Made by a program: the position numbers and the translations under genes. Of a stretch of DNA of 64,000 nt, positions 60,622-64,000 are shown in pieces. The stretch covers positions 1,152,001 to 1,216,000 of the forward strand of contig CAVOVB010000001.1 in assembly GCA_963699755.1 (NCBI GenBank). The letters run 5' to 3'. The notes under the pieces were generated by a model, which had not been told where the DNA came from, made no database searches, and saw nothing but the letters and a program-made list of their open reading frames with translations. Position 1 is the first letter of the stretch; every line of letters starts with the position of its first letter. The DNA is from an uncultured delta proteobacterium. GTDB taxonomy: Bacteria; Myxococcota_A; Polyangia; Polyangiales; Houyiibacteriaceae.

Positions 60622-61274
60622 GCCAAGGGCCCCACGATCCGGCCTCGGTCCATGTGTAGAACGCGGTCGGCCACCGAGCTCGCAAACGTCGCTTCGTGAG
60701 TTACGATGAGAATGATGGAGCCCTCGCTCTTCTGCTGCTCGATCAGCTCGATGAACGAAGCGTTCGATTTCACGTCGAGGCCAGTCGCTGGCTCGTCCAT
60801 CAGGAGCAGGCGGGGCTCGTGCAGTAGAGCGCGTGCGATCGACACCCGCTGCGCTTGCCCGCGAGAATAGGTACGGACGGGCCGGTTCCAGTACTCTCCG
60901 AGGGCGAGAACTTCGCACAGGTCGTTTGCTCGCTTTTCCGCGTAGGGAATGTCTTGAAGCTTCGCAGCGAGGACGAGGTTTTCGTGGCCGCTGAGCCCTG
61001 GGTAGAGCTGAAGTTGGTGAGCAATGAAACCGATCCGCCCGCGGAGTTCGTCGGCATGCGAGATGCCGTACTTCCCGTAGCGAATCTCGCCTCTGGTCGG
61101 ATACGCCAGCGTCGCCAAGAGCCAAAGCAGCGTCGACTTCCCAGAGCCGTTCGGACCTTGGATCACGGTGGCTTTCCCCGCCTCGAAAGTCAGGTCCACG
61201 CCGGCTAGCGCAAGCGTTGCCCCGTAGGACTTCGCAAGGCGAGCGACCGAGACTTCTTCAAAATCGAGCTTCAC
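60618..61274 (-). CDS. ccmA: Heme ABC exporter ATP-binding protein
   Basis: GPNGSGKST, YSRGQ, LLLMDEP; upstream of ccmB. Confidence 0.85.
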   Translation of the reverse strand: MKLDFEEVSVARLAKSYGATLALAGVDLTFEAGKATVIQGPNGSGKSTLLWLLATLAYPTRGEIRYGKYGISHADELRGRIGFIAHQLQLYPGLSGHENLVLAAKLQDIPYAEKRANDLCEVLALGEYWNRPVRTYSRGQAQRVSIARALLHEPRLLLMDEPATGLDVKSNASFIELIEQQKSEGSIILIVTHEATFASSVADRVLHMDRGRIVGPLA

Positions 61275-61285
61275 CGGTCCGCACT

Positions 61286-62440
61286 CTAGAACAAGTCTCG
61301 CACAATGCCGTCAAGTTTCAGCCAGCGGTCGGTGGGAACCCACAGCCAGTCCCCCTTCTCGACGAGGTTGCCGCGTTTGATCGCGCGATCGATCGCGCGT
61401 TCCCTGCCACCCCTCGGATCGCGTCCCGCTCGCGCTTTGGTCGCGCTGAGGTTCATCCCGTCGATCGTGCGTAGGCCGAGCATCAAGGCCTCGCGGATGA
61501 TCTCCTCGGGGCCTAGCTCTTCGAGCTCCGCCTCGAGCGTATCTTGGCGCAGGTATCGCTGCGGGTTGGGCTCATTCCGCCATCGCTTCGCGCGCCCCAC
61601 GCCCTGGTCGAGGCATCCCACAGCGGCAGCACCGAGGCCGAGATAGGCGCCGCCCCGCCAATAGTGAAGATTGTGTCGTGACTCTTCTTCCGCGGCCGCG
61701 TAGTTCGACACTTCGTAGTGCGTCCAGCCGAGCTCGGTGAAAACGCGTTCGGCGTGCTCGAAGAGATCGGCGTACTGCTCTTCAGCTGCGATGCGAAGCT
61801 TCCCCGCGCGCTGAAGCGAGCCGAACATCGTCTTTTCTTCGATCGTCAGCGCGTAGGCCGACACGTGCTGGACGCCCTTCTCGGCGATGCAGAAGATGTC
61901 TTCGCCCAGCTCTAGGGCGGTCTGGCCTGGCATTCCGAACATCAGGTCCGCGCTCACCCGCGGCATTTCCTTCGTGGCGTCCCCGAGCGCAGCGAGCGCC
62001 CGCTCTCTGTCGTGCAAGCGGCCTAGGAAGCGCAAGTGAGGATCGCGTAGGGACTGAACCCCGATCGAAAGACGGTTCACACCGGCCTCGCGGAGGAGGG
62101 CAGCGTGGTCACCGCGGAGCGAGCTTGGGTTGCACTCGACCGTCACCTCGACGTCGTCGACCGACTCGTCGAAGGCGCCGCGAATGGCTTCGAGGGTTCG
62201 CTTCAAGGCACTCGGCTTCCAGAGTGACGGCGTTCCGCCACCGAAGAAAACCGACTTCAGCTTCCGCCCCTGAAGACTCTCGGCGCGTGCCCCGAGCTCG
62301 CGAAGCAGTGCGTTGGCATACTCCTCGTGAGGAAGCGCAGTCGGGCGAATTGGCTCAGTTGCGAAGTCACAATACGGACACTTGCGCGCGCACCAGGGGA
62401 AGTGGACGTAGACCGAAGTCTCTGTGGGTTCGCTTGACAT
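61286..62440 (-). CDS. hemW: Radical SAM heme chaperone
   Basis: YVHFPWCARKCPYCDF, GGGTPS, RLSIGVQS, YEVSNYA, HNLHYW (HNxxYW). Confidence 0.9.
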   Translation of the reverse strand: MSSEPTETSVYVHFPWCARKCPYCDFATEPIRPTALPHEEYANALLRELGARAESLQGRKLKSVFFGGGTPSLWKPSALKRTLEAIRGAFDESVDDVEVTVECNPSSLRGDHAALLREAGVNRLSIGVQSLRDPHLRFLGRLHDRERALAALGDATKEMPRVSADLMFGMPGQTALELGEDIFCIAEKGVQHVSAYALTIEEKTMFGSLQRAGKLRIAAEEQYADLFEHAERVFTELGWTHYEVSNYAAAEEESRHNLHYWRGGAYLGLGAAAVGCLDQGVGRAKRWRNEPNPQRYLRQDTLEAELEELGPEEIIREALMLGLRTIDGMNLSATKARAGRDPRGGRERAIDRAIKRGNLVEKGDWLWVPTDRWLKLDGIVRDLF

Positions 62441-62489
62441 GGGGGGCGCCGGGCGGGAGGTATACTCTGCTTTTTGGAGCTGGTCGCAG

Positions 62490-63956
62490 ATGACCCTACC
62501 GGTATTCCCTTCGCTACGAATTACAGCCGATGCCCTGATTCCCCAGGGTGCGTTTGCCGAGGCCCAGGCTGCGTTCTTGAAACCCGACCCGGAGCTGGTC
62601 ATGCAGCTCAGCAGCTTGCTCCGGGAAAAGAACGCCGGTGTCGTCGCTCATTTCTACATGGACCCCGAGCTTCAGGGTGTGCTCTCCGCTTGCGATTGGC
62701 CACAGATCCACGTCTCGGATTCACTTGCGATGGCAGACCGCGCGATCACGATGGCCGAGCAGGGCGTGACGACGATCGCAGTGCTTGGCGTCGATTTCAT
62801 GAGCGAGAACGTACGCGCGATGCTCGATGCATCCGGGCACGCTGACATCCCGGTCTATCGTGTCGCGGTGGATCCAATCGGTTGCTCGCTGGCCGAGTCG
62901 GCTGAATCCGATGCCTATGGCGCGTACTTGATGAGTGCCTCTGAAACCCCGCGATCCTTGCACGTCGTCTACATCAACACGAGCCTGGTCACCAAGGCCA
63001 AGGCGCACGCCATCGTGCCCACAATCACCTGCACCTCTTCCAATGTGGTGCGCACGGTCCTGCAAGCGGCCGCGCAGATTCCCGACGTCCGAATCTGGTT
63101 CGGGCCGGATACCTACATGGGCGACAACCTCGCACAGATGTTCAAGAGCTTGGCGGAGATGCCGAACGCGCAGATTCGAGAGCTTCACGCCGCGCACGAC
63201 CAGGCATCAATTCGCTCGCTGTTGCCGCGTTTTCACTACTTCGCGGAGGGTACTTGCATCGTTCACGAGATGTTCGGCCGCGAGGTAGTCGACCTGGTCC
63301 GCAAACACTACGCGGACGTGTACGTCACGGCCCATCTCGAGGTGCCGGGCGAGATGTTCGAGCTCGGCTTGCGGGCGCAGCGTGAGGGCAATGGGGTGGT
63401 CGGCTCCACGTCGAACATCCTCGCGTTCATCTTGGGCAAGGTCGAAGCGGCGATCGCGCGCGGTGAGCGCGGCAACCTGCGATTCATCCTCGGCACCGAA
63501 GCGGGCATGATCACGCCGATCGTCCGAGGAGTGCAGGCCATGCTTCAAGATTACGCCTCGGAAGGCGGGGCGGGCCTCTCGGCGGAGATCGTGTTTCCGG
63601 TTGCAAGCGAGGCGGTCGCTCAAGACGAGCAGAGCGGGCTCGGAATCATGCCGGGCGTTGCCGGTGGCGAAGGCTGCTCGACGGCGGGCGGCTGCGCAAC
63701 CTGCCCATACATGAAGATGAACTCGCTCCAGGCGCTGCTGGGGCTCCTCGAGCGCATCGACGTCGAGCCGCAGTCGAGCTTGATTCCCTTTGAGCCGCGC
63801 AAGTACATGCAAGAGATCCGCGGTCGGTCCGTGGCGGACCTAGGCGGCGAGCCCATCTTGCACATGCGTGCTTTTCAGCGCGCCGGCGAGCTTCCCCAGG
63901 CGCTGGTCGAGGATGTGCTCGGCCGTGCGTCGGTTCGAGCCCGCTCCCAGGGCTAA
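62490..63956 (+). CDS. nadA: Quinolinate synthase A (long, plant-QS-like form)
   Basis: VVAHFYMDPELQG, DSLAMA, GVDFMSE, GCSLA, YINTS, CTSSN, CIVH, AHLE, GSTS, GTE, CPYMKMN; SD ggag before ATG 62490. Confidence 0.9.
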   Translation: MTLPVFPSLRITADALIPQGAFAEAQAAFLKPDPELVMQLSSLLREKNAGVVAHFYMDPELQGVLSACDWPQIHVSDSLAMADRAITMAEQGVTTIAVLGVDFMSENVRAMLDASGHADIPVYRVAVDPIGCSLAESAESDAYGAYLMSASETPRSLHVVYINTSLVTKAKAHAIVPTITCTSSNVVRTVLQAAAQIPDVRIWFGPDTYMGDNLAQMFKSLAEMPNAQIRELHAAHDQASIRSLLPRFHYFAEGTCIVHEMFGREVVDLVRKHYADVYVTAHLEVPGEMFELGLRAQREGNGVVGSTSNILAFILGKVEAAIARGERGNLRFILGTEAGMITPIVRGVQAMLQDYASEGGAGLSAEIVFPVASEAVAQDEQSGLGIMPGVAGGEGCSTAGGCATCPYMKMNSLQALLGLLERIDVEPQSSLIPFEPRKYMQEIRGRSVADLGGEPILHMRAFQRAGELPQALVEDVLGRASVRARSQG

Positions 63957-63968
63957 ACGGAAGACCTG

Positions 63969-63986
63969 CGATTCGCCTTCGAATCG
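63969..63986. terminator. Short hairpin downstream of nadA
   Basis: cgattcg-cctt-cgaatcg; no U-tract. Confidence 0.35.
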
Positions 63987-64000
63987 AGGCCTTGACCGGG

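Noticed and set aside
62434..62466. TTGACA...TATACT promoter for nadA
   Set aside because: The 21-bp spacer is too long; the -10 alone may be real

Overview
A gene-dense, high-GC chromosomal segment, probably from a myxobacterium (Myxococcota/Polyangia-like; inferred from the AgmX/PglI-type, CglB-like VWA, Cys-rich lipoprotein, DUF4388-like and CarH proteins). About 56 CDS, mostly housekeeping: rel (partial), trpS, tatBC, gyrB, suhB, a two-subunit acyl-CoA carboxylase, pdhABC, pssA, a moaD-moaE fusion, an M16 peptidase, a PpiD-like chaperone, fbp, cysQ, otsAB, ccmAB, hemW and nadA. Signalling genes (MCP, hybrid kinase, GGDEF, EAL, response regulators) and envelope genes are interspersed. I saw no rRNA, tRNA, CRISPR array, transposase or phage gene. 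Best leads: (1) a CarH-type B12 photoreceptor whose 11-bp-periodic TnnACA operator repeats are readable on both strands and point at a divergent DUF4397-like lipoprotein, not carotenoid genes; that gene carries a +1 frameshift and an internal deletion; (2) an orphan FHA-CpaF/TadA-like protein with degenerate ATPase motifs; (3) a Cys-rich lipoprotein + split-VWA lipoprotein + GT-C glycosyltransferase cluster; (4) an NlpI-like TPR lipoprotein coupled to a HerA/FtsK-like ATPase; (5) a membrane-spanning receiver/DUF4388-like/TPR protein; (6) a methyltransferase resembling halide/thiol methyltransferases. Family calls come from motif recognition by eye, not database searches. Several starts were moved downstream of the ORF-track start.
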